A stretch of DNA of 64,000 nucleotides from Octopus vulgaris (GCA_951406725.2 OX597816.1:24986001-25050000), one strand, 5' to 3'; positions 1 to 11,700 are shown, numbered from the stretch's first letter. The notes: generated from the sequence alone by a model not told the origin. Numbers and translations: made by a program.

Positions 1-13
1 TATATATATTTGT

Positions 14-67
<54 letters not shown>

Positions 68-597
68 TTAGAGATAAAACCCTGTAAGTTTGGAGTTATA
101 CTCCCTATTATTATAATTATATATATATATATACACACATACATATATATATACATATATATATACTTATACATATATACTTATACATATATATATATAC
201 TTATACATATATACTTAAAACCCTGTAAGTTTGGAGTTATACTCCCTATTATTATAATTATATATATATATATACACACATACATATATATATACATATA
301 TATATACTTATACATATATACTTATACACACATACACAAAGAAAAAACAACAACAAACAACTACTTTTCTTGTGTGCCTATGAAAAAAAAAAAGAATCGC
401 TAAATGAATGAATGAATGACAAGATGGAACGCCAGTCAATGTTGTTGATGTTGCTGTTAGTGACTGACAATGACGATGGTGATGATCATAACGGTGATGA
501 TGATGATGATGGGCATGTCTTTTACTTTCTTCAGTCATTAGACTGTGGCCATGCTGGGGCATCGCTTTAGTTTTTTTTTCTTTTTTTGTAACAATGG

Positions 598-731
598 GGC
601 GATCCTTCGGTATAGGTACCGTAAGTACCGGGATAACAGAAACCCTTTTCTATATACCCTCTATATACATAAAAAAAAACAATTTCTTGAAATGAATCCG
701 GTACTTCCGGTACCTATATCGAAGTTACGCC
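598..731. mobile_element. Small MITE-like element with ~30-bp terminal inverted repeats, inserted in a SINE-A remnant
   Basis: cttcggtataggtaccgtaagtaccgg (605-631) is the near-perfect reverse complement of ccggtacttccggtacctatatcgaag (698-724). SINE-A pieces lie on both sides. Confidence 0.55.
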
Positions 732-1317
732 AAGAATGGTATTTATTCTATCGGTATGTTTTGATGAACTGCTAAGTTACGGGGGACAAACAGACAAAAA
801 GACGCACACCCCCATTCACAATGCTTTAGTCGGCCCAAGGCTATAGTAGAAAACACTTGCCCAAGGTGCCACGCTGTGGGACTGAACCCAGAACCATGTG
901 GTTGGGAAACAAGCTTCTTGCCACAGAGTCACTAACAACAACAACAACAATAATAAAATCCTTTCTACTAGAGGCACAAGGCCTCAAATTTGTGGGGAGG
1001 GGGACTAGTCGAGACAGTCGACTGGTACTTAATTATCGACCCTAAAAGGATGAAGGGCCCAAGTTGACCTCGGCAGAATTTGAACTCAGGACGTGGTCAC
1101 GTATGAAATGCCGCTACGCACTTTACCCGACGTTGCTAACAATAACAATAATTTAAAAAGACAATGCGAATAATACTTAGCGGTATCTCGTCTGTCTTTA
1201 CGTTCTGAGTTCAAATTCCGCCGAGGTCGACTTTGCCTTTCATCCTTTCGGGGTCGATAAATTAAGTACTACATTATTTACATTCGACGGATATTTGTTC
1301 TCATCTTGTTTGTTGTT

Positions 1318-1363
1318 AACACAGCGTTTCGGCTGATATACCCTCCAGCCTTCTTCAGGTGTC
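1318..1363 (-). ncRNA. Minimal type-I hammerhead ribozyme motif (second arm of the dimer)
   Basis: Minus strand reads gacac-CTGAAGA-a-ggctg...cagcc-GAAA-cg-ct-gtgtt. U16.1 appears mutated to C in this copy. Confidence 0.6.
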
Positions 1364-1672
1364 TTGGGGGAAATTTCGAATCTGGGTTCTCATTCTTAAG
1401 GTATTTTTCGAGGTCATTATTATTATTGTTAGTGTTCAGGTCACTGCTTGGAATCGAATACGGAATCTTGGGGTAGTAGCTCGCGCTCTTAACCACTACG
1501 CCATAGTGGTTAAGAGCGCGGGCAACTAACCCCAAGATTCCGAGTTCGATTCCAAGCAGAGACCTGAACAACAACAATAATAATAATAATAATAACTAAT
1601 AATAATAATAATAACAACAAGAACATCGAAAAATACCTTAGGAATGAGAACCCAGGTTCGAAATTTCCTCAA

Positions 1673-1718
1673 GACACCTGAAGAAGGCTGGAGGGTATAT
1701 CAGCCGAAATGTTGTGTT
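1673..1718 (+). ncRNA. Minimal type-I hammerhead ribozyme motif
   Basis: gacac-CTGAAGA-a-ggctg[gagggtatat]cagcc-GAAA-tg-tt-gtgtt: stem I gacac/gtgtt, stem II ggctg/cagcc, very short stem III. Confidence 0.65.
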
Positions 1719-1944
1719 TAACAACAAACAAGATGAGGACAAATATCCGTTGAATGTAAATAATGTACATAATTCCTCATCTCTTAGATATAGAACTAAA
1801 TTAAGTACCAGTTGCGTACTGGGGTCGATCTAATCGACTGGCCCCCACCCTCCCCCAAAATTTCGGGCCTTGTGCCTAAAGTAGAAAAGAATATAAAAAA
1901 CTTATAAAAATATTTCTTACCTTGAATCGCTGATATGAAAATGG

Positions 1945-1993
<49 letters not shown>

Positions 1994-4900
1994 TTTATGT
2001 GATATCAAAAATTGATAAGTTCAAAAAATTTTCCACACGTAGGGGAAAAGTGTTATGTGAAACAAAGAATGTATGTGGATATAATGAATTTTTTTCCCTT
2101 TTTCTGTTCCTTTCTTCTGAAGAATTTCAAATTCTGATTTCGATTTTCTATTTGATTATTTTCTTCAATTTCCATTTTTGCATTTTTATCATTCCCATAG
2201 TCTTGTTTCGTTTTGTATGTATGAATATGTGAAATTTGGAGATGGTTTTAATTATCTGCTAAATTACATATAATTATATATACAAGAATCTTAAATATAT
2301 ATTATTCATATATAAATTATGTAATTATAGTTACTATATGGTACGGTTTTAATAATTCAATGTACATATATATTTAATTATTTTAATATGCGTGTATTGT
2401 GAAGATTTGATTTATACATCGGGTGGTTTATAAATCTGCAAATTTACAGTATGGAAAAGCATGAAACTACAAGCAGCTTCTTTTAAATTGTGTATTAAAT
2501 TGATATTTATCTTTCAAAGAATGAAGTACTTTTTGTTGATTCTACCTATATTGGCTTTGTAAGCTATATATGTTACTTAGTAAATAGGTATTATCGGTTC
2601 TTTGTATTATAGTATAGATGCGTGTATATATGCAGAAGTTAGCGTGAATCTGTGTAATATCATAAGGTGAGTTATATATAAGTAGATACATGAAAATGAA
2701 TAATTATATGAATAAAGTATATTTTTTATACATGTGTATCGTTAATGAATATACATACACGCACGCGTACACTTGTTAAAATATCCGAATACATATTATA
2801 ATTACCGTGTATAAAAGATTTCAACTTCTGGAGTAAAATATATATATATGAAAAGAAGAATATATATTTGTACGATCCGTGTGTTTGCTTCAGAAATTTA
2901 TAAACTTTTCAATCGCGTGTCCACCAGTTTGTAAACGTGGAAAAATAAAATTGAAATAAAAGTCATTATTTTGCTAATAACAATAGCAATAATAAATAAC
3001 TGCTCAGGACCATATTATATTAACCGAGTCCGCCTTATTCATTCACAATTAAACTATCTTCTGCTTAGTAAAAACTTCTGTTTCACTTTGCCAAGTTTGA
3101 TCCAATAGAAACAGCCTTTACAAGATTCGTTATATATATATATAAATACATATATACATAAATATATATATATACATGTAGACGTACAGAGCCCGTTTAT
3201 CTATGACTGCTGTGATTGGTAGCCAGCTTAAAGTTCATTATTATTATTATTAGCTTCCTTGTTCCCCCCCCCCCTCTCACTTTCTTTATTTTTATTGCTG
3301 TTATTTTTTTTTATGCTTTTCCCTTCTGTCTTTCTGTTTGCTTTTTTTAGTTTTTTTTTCCGGTTTTTTGTTTTTAGTATCTTATAGTAGCGGCAATTGC
3401 AAGTGGAGCGGGTGATGGCGATGGTAGCGACGAAGCGGCCGGTGACAGCGGTAGTGATGAGCGTCGTAGTAGTGATGGCGATGGTGATGTTGATGGGTTG
3501 ATGGCGGTGGTTGGCGATAGCGGCGACGGGGAGTGGTGGGGGGAGAGAGGAAGGCGAGTTATAAAGCATTAGTGGTGGTGGTGGTGGTGGTGGTGGTTGC
3601 GGAAGCTGTTGTAGTGAGTGAGTGATGGCGGCGAGAGTGGTTACCGGGTCGGTCCGAATCGGTGTAGATGGCGTTAGCGGCGGCGGCGGTGGCGGAAGTA
3701 ACAATGTAGTGGTAAAGATTATAACATTTTATGTGTGTGTGTGTGTATGGGGTGGATACGTGTCTATATATATGTGTGTGTGTGTGTGTGAATGTAAAAT
3801 GTAAGACGTGATGGGCGAGGTTAGAAGTTTTTATTGTTGTTGTTGTTGTTGTTGTTGTAGCTACACTTTTACTTTTTTTTTTTTATTTCGGGTGTCGATG
3901 TCGTCGTCGTCGTATGATTGACTGACTCGATTCTGTGTGTGTGTGTGTGTGTATGTGTGTGTGTATTTGTGTTTCTGTGTGTTTGTGTCTGTATATGCGT
4001 ACGTGTCTACATATGTGTATGCGTCCATCTGTGCATGTGTGTATGTATGTGTCAGAGAAAGAGAGAGAGGGAGAGAGGCTATTTGACTTCCTAGCTTTTC
4101 GCGGAAATTTGCAACCAATCACATAAGTGGTTGTTGAGTGGTTATGATAGTGGTGGCGGCGGTGGTCAATATTATGTGGTCGGTGGAGGCGGCGATGGTG
4201 ATATTGGTGGTGGTGGTGGTGGTGGTTACAAAATAACTATTTGTTTTAGCTGTCTTTAGCTCCAGATCGAAAACTCATCGAAGATCAAAAGCATTTGAAT
4301 GGTGACCATGTATGCGCAGGTGTGGCTGTGTGATAAGAAGCTTACTTACCAACCACATGGATCGGGGTTCAGTCCCACTGCATGGTACCTTGGGCAAGTG
4401 TTTTCTTATTTCTTTACTGTCCACAAGGGGCTACACACTGAGGGGACAAACTGATTAAGTCGATTATATCGACCCCAGTGCGTAACTGGTACTTATTTAA
4501 TCGACACCAAAAGGAGTCGATTAAAAAAGTTCAAATTCCGACGAGGTCGACTTTGCCTTTCATCCTTTCGAAGTCGATTAATTAAGTACCAGTTACGCAT
4601 TGGGGTCGATGTAATCGACTTAATCCGTTTGTCTGTCCCCTCTGCGTGTAGCCCCTTGTGGGTAGTAAAGAAATAGGTATTTCGTCTGCCGCTACGTTCT
4701 GAGTTCAAATTCCGCCGAGGTCGACTTTGTCTTTCATCCTTTCGGGGTCGATTAAATAAGTACCAGTTACGCACTGCGGTCGATATAATCGACTTAATCC
4801 GTTTTTTTTTACTGACATATCGTACGACCCAAAAGCTGGAGAGGAAAATAACGAAAATGAAAGGGATCATTAGGGTGAATCTTTCAGAGGGATATGATAA

Positions 4901-5048
4901 GGATATAAGATGTATTCTGATGGAGGAAGGAAAATATAGAACTCTGAAAGAAACTTTTCCTTCAGATGTAAATCTACTGGGGCCCGAGGTGAGTATTGAA
5001 CCCAGTACCCCAGTGGTGAATTATCCTGACATTAAAAGTGACATGGTA

Positions 5049-5462
5049 ACTCTTTTACTCTTTATTCTTTTACTTGTTTCAGTCATTTGACTGCGGCCAT
5101 ACTGGAGTACCGCCTTTAGTCGAGCAAATCGACCCCGGGACTTATTCTTTGTAAGCCCAGTACTTATTCTATCGGTCTCTTTTGCCGAACCGCTAAGTAA
5201 CGGGGACGTAAACACACCAGCATCGGTTGTCAAGCGATATTGGGGGGACAAACACAGACACACAAACACACACACACATATACATATATATATATATACG
5301 ACAGGCTTCTTTCAGTTTCCGTCTACCAAATCCACTCACAAGGCATTGGTCGGCCCGGGGCTATAGCAGAAGACACTTGCCCAAGATGCCACGCAGTGAG
5401 ACTGAACCCGGAACCATGTGGTTGGTTAGCAAGCTACTTACCACACAGCCACTCCTGCGCCT
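5049..5462 (-). mobile_element. SINE family A (tRNA-derived head, CORE-like ccttgggcaag segment, internal microsatellite, CR1/L2-type 3' tail), full length
   Basis: Head ggcgcaggagtggctgtgtgg...ggttcagtc (A/B boxes), internal (TA)n(TG)n, tail gctccagcatggccgcagtcaaatgactgaaacaagtaaaagag. More than 25 copies or fragments in the window. Confidence 0.85.
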
Positions 5463-5625
5463 ATAAGTAAGTTGAGATTAATTTTAAAGAACTGTTAAAG
5501 ACTTTTTGTTTGAAATAATTGAAATCACGTAATCATCCCGGGGCGGGGCCGGGGGGTGACCGTCTCGCCGTCATTGCAAAAATTCATTATATTCAGTTTT
5601 CATGTGTTAATTGTCTCCGCATGTA

Positions 5626-6007
5626 GGAGCACTCCGTCGGTTACGACGATGAGGGTCCCAGCTGATACGATCGACGGAACAGCTTGCTCGTGGAATTAAC
5701 GTGCAAGTGGCTGAGCACTCCACAGACACGTGTACCCTTAACGTAGTTTTCGGGGATATTCAGTGTGACACAGAGAGTGACAAGGCCGGCCCTTTGAAAT
5801 ACAGGTACAACAGAAACAGAAAGAAAGAGTGAGAGAAAGTTGTGGTGAAAGAGTATAGCAGGGTTCACCACCACCCCCTGTAGGAGCCTTGTGAAGCTTT
5901 ATGTGTTTTCGCTCAATAAACACTCACAACGCCCGGTCTGGGAATCGAAACCGCGATCCTACGACCGCGAGTCCGCTGCCCTAACCACTGGGCCATTGCG
6001 CCTCCAC
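5626..6007 (-). mobile_element. SINE family C (tRNA-Arg-like head; resembles described octopus OR-type SINEs)
   Basis: Head gtggaggcgcaatggcccagtggttaggg...ggtttcgattccc. 12-bp TSD tctccgcatgta (5614-5625, 6008-6019). Near-identical copies at 41.3, 42.9 and 47.4 kb. Confidence 0.85.
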
Positions 6008-6061
6008 TCTCCGCATGTATGTTTGTCCTCTCTGTGTCGGTCCCTTGTGGGCAACAAAAAA

Positions 6062-6463
6062 TCACCTTATTCTTAGTGCAAGTTTTGAAGAGTGCAGTTC
6101 GATTTCAACAGTTATTTTCTCAAAGCTATAATGGAAGTAACAAAGGAGCATATTCGGCATATTTCGCTTTATGAGTTCAATAAAAGCAACAAGTGGGAGG
6201 AATATCAATGCAGTGTATGGAGATCAAATAATAAGTGTAAGCCAGTGTCAACGGTGGCTCCAGAAATTCCGAGTCGGAAACTACAGTCTAGAAGACGAGT
6301 CTCACCTTGGAAGATCTGTAGAGTTCAACAAAGACGTCCTATAAACCATGGTGGAACAAAGCCCCATCGTAACTGTTGAGGAACTAGCAAAGAAGTTTGG
6401 ATATGGTCATTCAACCATTCATCGACATCTACGTGACATCGGAAACGTTAGCAAATTGGGTCA
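6062..6463 (+). mobile_element. Mariner transposase 5' fragment (same family as 15057-15967)
   Basis: MEVTKEHIRHISLYEFNK... HTH region, frameshifted. Nucleotide similarity to 15170-15550. Confidence 0.75.
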
Positions 6464-6676
6464 ATGTATATGTGTGTGTGTGTGTCTGTGTTTATCTCCG
6501 CCACTATCGCTTGACAACTGATGTTGGTGTGTTTACGGCCCGTAATGTAACGGTTCGGCAAAAGAGACCGATAAAATAAGAACTAGGCTTACAAAGAATA
6601 AGTCCTAGGGTCGATTTGTTCAACTAAAGGCGTTGCTCCAGCATGGCCGCAGTCAAATGACTGAAACAAGTAAAAC

Positions 6677-6758
<82 letters not shown>

Positions 6759-7718
6759 CTTTTATTCTTTTACACATTTCAGTGATTTGACTGACTAGTT
6801 GAAGAAATCGACCTAAGGACTTATTCTTTAGAAGCCCAGCACTTATTCTATCGGTTTCTTTTGCCGACCGGCTAAGTTTCGGGGAAATAAACGCACCATC
6901 ATTTGTCAAGCGATGGTGCGTGTACAAACACAGACAAAACACTTACATAAATATCGACTACATATGTGGAAAGTCGGTGTGTGTTTGTTTGTTGAGTTGT
7001 TAGCTAACTGTTCCTACATCGTTTTATTGATTTTGATGAAACTTGACACGTGAGTAGAACTCATGTATTGAAACCGCCTGACATACTTAGATTGTTGAAA
7101 AAAAAAATCGATAATAGAGCCCTTCCAATGGATCCTTCTATCTACAACATATAACACATATTTTATTTAAACAACCCAAGGGAAATAACCCATACCACCT
7201 GCAGGATTTAGCGAAACGATCAATATTTTATTCTCACGATCAGCCAACCTAATTCTGCATTTCACTATTCACAGTTTTGAACTGCTAAACATTATTATTG
7301 CACTTCCTTAATTTGAATCTTAAATCTTAAAGACTTCATTCATACATTTCTATACATACATACTTTTTTGAATGCCCATTACTCCGATATTTCTGCATTT
7401 TTACAGTTACACTTTTTCCATAACAGTAGGTGAAATGCTTAGCGGTATTTCGTCTACCTTTACGTTCTGAGTTAAAATTCCGCCGTAGTCGGCTTTGCCT
7501 TTCATCGATAGATTAAGTACCAGTTTCGTACTGGGGTCGATCTACGCCCCACCCCGTAACTTAGCGGTTCGGCAAAAGAGACCGATAAAATAAGTACTAG
7601 GCTTACAAAGTCTAACGATTTGTTAGACTAAAGGCGTTGCTCCAGCATGGTCACAGTCAAATAACTGAAACAATTAAAAAAAGAAAAAAGAATAAGACAA
7701 CATACGAACATATACTAA

Positions 7719-7799
<81 letters not shown>

Positions 7800-7815
7800 C
7801 AGATAGATAGAGCTC

Positions 7816-7990
7816 CTACACGCATTTTTTTTCTCTCCTTGTTTTTTTTCTGTGTATCTTTCTGTCGAAGAGCGTAGGCTCGAAACGTAAAAGACTTGTT
7901 CTATTTCTGTTCCTGAGCGCCATACTAATACATTTGTTTGTTTGTACTCCACCTGCCTTCGTCTTTTGATTATTTTCGTAAACCTTCCCG
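7816..7990 (+). mobile_element. Short element carrying a variant hammerhead motif (7857-7894), between microsatellites
   Basis: tcttt-CTGTCGA-a-gagc[gtag]gctc-GAAA-cg-ta-aaaga. Related copy at 44205-44375. Confidence 0.55.
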
Positions 7991-8149
7991 TTATATATAT
8001 GTGTACATACATATATACATACATAGACACTAACACACACACACATACATACACAAACACAGAGTATGTGCGTCGTCATTTTATAAGGTTTAATTAGAAA
8101 ATGCGGTATAAGACGTACTCTTGCTCGGTTTCACGTATATCTTAAAATC

Positions 8150-8482
8150 ATATTGGCATGCCATCACGCTTCAGGACCAGTAACTGTAACAGCCTGGGTT
8201 TCAAGGGCCCACAGCTTTTTAATATTCTCCCAAAGAGTATGAAGAACTTGCAGAAAGTAGATATAGGGGTTTTTAAATCAAAGCTGAACCTCTTCCTGTC
8301 GAGAGTCCCAGAGGAACCTACCTCACAGCAAGAGGTGCAAATGAGGGTAGCTATATCAAACTCCATTCTTCACCAAGTGCTACATATTAGAAGAGGTTCT
8401 TAGTAATAACAGTGTTGCACAAAACGGCGGTGCATCAGCATGGCCGCAGCTCTGAGCTGAAACTAGAGAGAGAAATAAAAAT
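8150..8482 (+). mobile_element. CR1/L2-group LINE 3' end (ORF2 C-terminus plus 3' UTR)
   Basis: ORF 8158-8403 SLGFKGPQLFNILPK...FKSKLNLFLSRVPEEP is a typical CR1-group ORF2 terminus. It is followed by a tail hairpin cagctc-t-gagctg and an A-rich end. Confidence 0.75.
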
Positions 8483-8619
8483 CTAACGCGGCTGAATTAT
8501 GGAATTATGGTCCGAATGCACTAAGATGAAGTTCCGGTGGAGATAAGTCCTCTTAGTACAAAAGTTGTTACTAATAATAAAGTTTTGGTGTTTCATTTTG
8601 GAATGAGGTCAACGATTTT

Positions 8620-9243
8620 GTCTGAGAGGTAAGTCAATTACATCCACTCTAGTATCCAACTGGTACTTATATCATCGGCTCTGAAAGGAGGGAAGGCAAA
8701 GTCGACCTCGGTGGAATTCGAACTCAGAACATAAAGACAGACAAACTGCTGCTTAGTATTTTGCCTGGTGTGTTAACGAGTCTGCCAGCTTGCCTCCTTA
8801 ATCATTTCTACTATAGGCACAAGGCTTGAAATTTGGGGAGAGGGGGCCAGTCGATTTGACCGACCCCAGTATGCAGCTGGTACTTAATTTATCCTTTTCT
8901 ACTCTAGGCACAAGGCCCGAAATTTTTTGGGAGGGGACCAGTCGATTAGATCGACCCCAGTACGCAACTGGTACTTAATTTATCGACCCCGAAAGGATGA
9001 AAGGCAAAGTAGACCTCGGCGGATTTGAACTCAGAACGTAAAGACAGACGAAATACCGCTAAGCATTTCGCCCGGCGTGCTAACGTTTCTGCCAGCTCGC
9101 CGCTTTAATCATTTTTACTATAGGCACAAGGCTTGAAATTTGGGGAGAGGGGGCCAGTTGATTTGATCGACCCCAGTATGCAGCTGGTACTTAATTTATC
9201 GACTCCGAAAGGATGAAAGGTAAAGTCGACCGCAGCAGAATTT
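8620..9243 (-). mobile_element. Cluster of tandem SINE-B copies
   Basis: Repeated gacccc...gaaaggatgaaaggcaaagtcgacctcggcggaatttgaactcagaac units. Confidence 0.7.
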
Positions 9244-9750
9244 CAGGCAAGACTTCCGCCCGTCCCCCACCAAAAACCACCCTTAAAAAAAATTTCTTTT
9301 TTCAATACAAACCCCACTTTTCGGCTTCGGGGAATACGAATCTGCAAAATAAATTGGCAAAAATCGACATTTCTAAATTACCACCCCTATTTCCTTCATT
9401 TTTAACTTTTTTCACAATTTTTTTTCTCAAAATATGCAGAAAAATACGGAGATCATGATTCCGAAAAAAAATTTCCAAAACTCTTTGTAAAATTTTTTTT
9501 CAAGAATTTTTCTTTTCTAAATATGCGGAATAATACTGACATCATGATTCGGACAGAAATTTCAAAACATTTCTGTACTTACTGTTACGGTTTTAGGGTT
9601 AGGGTTAGAGTTTTCGAGTTAGGGTTAGGGTTTTAGGGTTAGGATTAAGGTTTTAGGATTAAGGTTAGGGTTTTAGGGGTTAGGGTTAGGGTTTTAGGAT
9701 TAGTGTTGTGGAAAAAGTAAAAATTAAAGAAGTTTGGTGGGAAAGGGGAG
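9244..9750. mobile_element. Element with imperfect TIRs and internal degenerate telomeric (TTAGGG/TTTTAGGG) repeats, nested in SINE-B
   Basis: cccgtcccccaccaaa near the left end and tttggtgggaaagggg near the right end. TTAGGG-like array at 9590-9705. SINE-B sequence gaattt is duplicated on both sides. Confidence 0.5.
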
Positions 9751-10076
9751 GAATTTGAACTCATTATGTGAGGGCAGACGAAATACCTATTTCTTTACTA
9801 CCCACAAGGGGCTAAACACAGAAGGGACGAACAAGGACAGAGAAACGGATTAAGTTGATTATATCGATCCCAGTGCGTAACTGGTACTTATTTAATCGAC
9901 CCCGAAAGGATGAAAGGCAAAGTCGACCTCGGCGGAATTTGAATTTAGAGCGCTAAACATTTCGCCCGGCGTGCTAATGACCCTGCCAGCTCGCCGCCTT
10001 ATCAATTATAAAATAATCCTTTCTCCTGAAGGCACAAGGGCCGAAATTAGGCAACAAGGTCTCATTTGAGGGTGAT

Positions 10077-10850
10077 TTGGCTGGTATTTCTAGCAACACC
10101 AGTGACCACATAGCGGCTTCTTCATTGGCTAGTATTTCTAGCATCACCAGTGACCACATAGCGGCTTCTTCATTGGCTAGTATTTCTAGCATCTCCAGTG
10201 ACCACATAGCGGTTTCTTCATTGGCTGGTATTTCCAGCATCTCCAGTGACCACATAGCGGCTTCTTCATTGGCTGGTATTTCTAGCATCTCCAGTGACCA
10301 CATAGCGGCTTCTTCATTGGCTGGTATTTCTAACATCTCCAGTGACCACATAGCGGCTTCTTCATTGGCTAGTATTTCTAGCATCTCCAGTGACCACATA
10401 GCGGTTTCTTCATTGGCTGGTATTTCCAGCATCTCCAGTGACCACATAGCGGCTTCTTCATTGGCTGGTATTTCTAGCATCTCCAGTGACCACATAGCGG
10501 CTTCTTCATTGGCTGGTATTTCTAACATCTCCAGTGACCACATAGCGGCTTCTTCATTGGCTAGTATTTCTAGCATCTCCAGTGACCACATAGCGGTTTC
10601 TTCATTGGCTGGTATTTCCAGCATCTCCAGTGACCACATAGCGGCTTCTTCATTGGCTGGTATTTCTAGCATCTCCAGTGACCACATAGCGGCTTCTTCA
10701 TTGGCTAGTATTTCTAGCATCTCCAGTGACCACATAGCGGCTTCTTCATTGGCTAGTATTTCTAGCATCTCCAGTGACCACATAGCGGCTTCTTCATTGG
10801 CTAGTATTTCTAGCATCTCCAGTGACCACATAGCGGCTTCTTCGTTGGCT
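10077..10850. repeat. 48-bp minisatellite, 16 units, with 192-bp higher-order periodicity
   Basis: Unit tggct(g/a)gtatttctagcatctccagtgaccacatagcggcttcttcat. Diagnostic variants (gcggtttc, tctaacatc) recur every 192 bp. Confidence 0.95.
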
Positions 10851-11646
10851 CTGAGTGTATGTGTGTATGTGTGTGTGTGTGTGTGTGTGCGTGCGTGCGC
10901 GCGTGTCGTGTTTGTATAAGGGAATGTTGCTTTCCCCCCACTCCTTGCTCCTTGATAAAGTATACATCCACACGTGACCTACCTACTTACCTATCTTCAT
11001 TCATAGACACATACATACACACATGCATACATACATACATACATACATACATACATACATGCACACATTCACACACACATACACACGCACACATGCCTAC
11101 ATAGACACACCTGCGCTTACCTGCGCCCACGTAAAACATTTAGACAATCATAATCATCCCGGTCGCAGTGATGACTTGTTATTGTTGTTGTTGTCCCCAG
11201 GAAGTAAACCCCTAATTGAGCGAATATCTATGAACAAAGGGATTCCAACAATGCCCGCCCCGTCTTTACCTTGCATCTTTTCCCTTTCATCTTTTACTTG
11301 AAAGTACCGCCTTGGAAACACAATCGGGATTTCTTCTGTTTGACTTTCACCTTTCAATTCCTTCGATTTTGTTCCAATTGATTTCAGATTTGGTGTATCG
11401 ATGTTGTTTTTGTAAGCGCAGGTGTGGCTGTGTGGAAAGAAGCTTGCTTCCCAAACCACAAGATTCCGGGTTCAGTCCCACTGCGTGGCATCTTGGGCAA
11501 CTAACTGTCTTTTACTAAAAGCCTCGGGTCGACCACAGCCTTGTGAGTGGATTTGGTAGACGGAAACTGAAAGAAGCCCGTCGTATGCATGTGTAGTAAA
11601 TTTTGATCTTATTTTTGATCTTATGTATTCTTTATTGCTGTTGTTG

Positions 11647-11678
<32 letters not shown>

Positions 11679-11700
11679 GTTGTTGTTGTTGTTGTTGTTG

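Larger units (their letters stand above)
1270..1796. mobile_element. Head-to-head inverted dimer of a tRNA-headed, hammerhead-containing short retroelement
   Basis: 1270-1505 is the reverse complement of ~1504-1768. Each arm has tRNA-like A/B boxes (tggcgtagtgg / gagttcgattcc), an (AAT/AAC)n spacer and a hammerhead motif. Flanked by the 12-bp direct repeat taaattaagtac (1258-1269, 1797-1808). Confidence 0.75.
1160..1890 (+). mobile_element. SINE family B copy interrupted by the 1270-1796 insertion
   Basis: B-box gagttcaaattcc and central gaggtcgactttgcctttcatcctttcggggtcgataaattaagtac. The element resumes at 1797 with a duplicated taaattaagtac. Confidence 0.75.

Noticed and set aside
3228-3704. 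158-aa Pro/Thr-rich ORF
   Set aside because: Low-complexity triplet sequence with no recognisable domain or supported splice structure.
5227-5470. Recurrent peptides such as [29 protein letters not shown]
   Set aside because: Antisense translation of SINE-A. Recurrence reflects repeat copies, not a gene family.
5930-6007. Apparent tRNA genes at SINE heads
   Set aside because: A/B boxes are present but there is no complete cloverleaf or acceptor stem, and they continue into SINE bodies with TSDs.
9590-9705. True telomere or chromosome end
   Set aside because: Short, degenerate and embedded in an insertion with ordinary sequence on both sides.
9974-10919. 285-aa and 280-aa ORFs on opposite strands, and CRISPR-like regularity
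   Set aside because: Both are read-through of a stop-free 48-bp tandem unit. There are no unique spacers and no cas genes, so this is neither a gene nor a CRISPR array.
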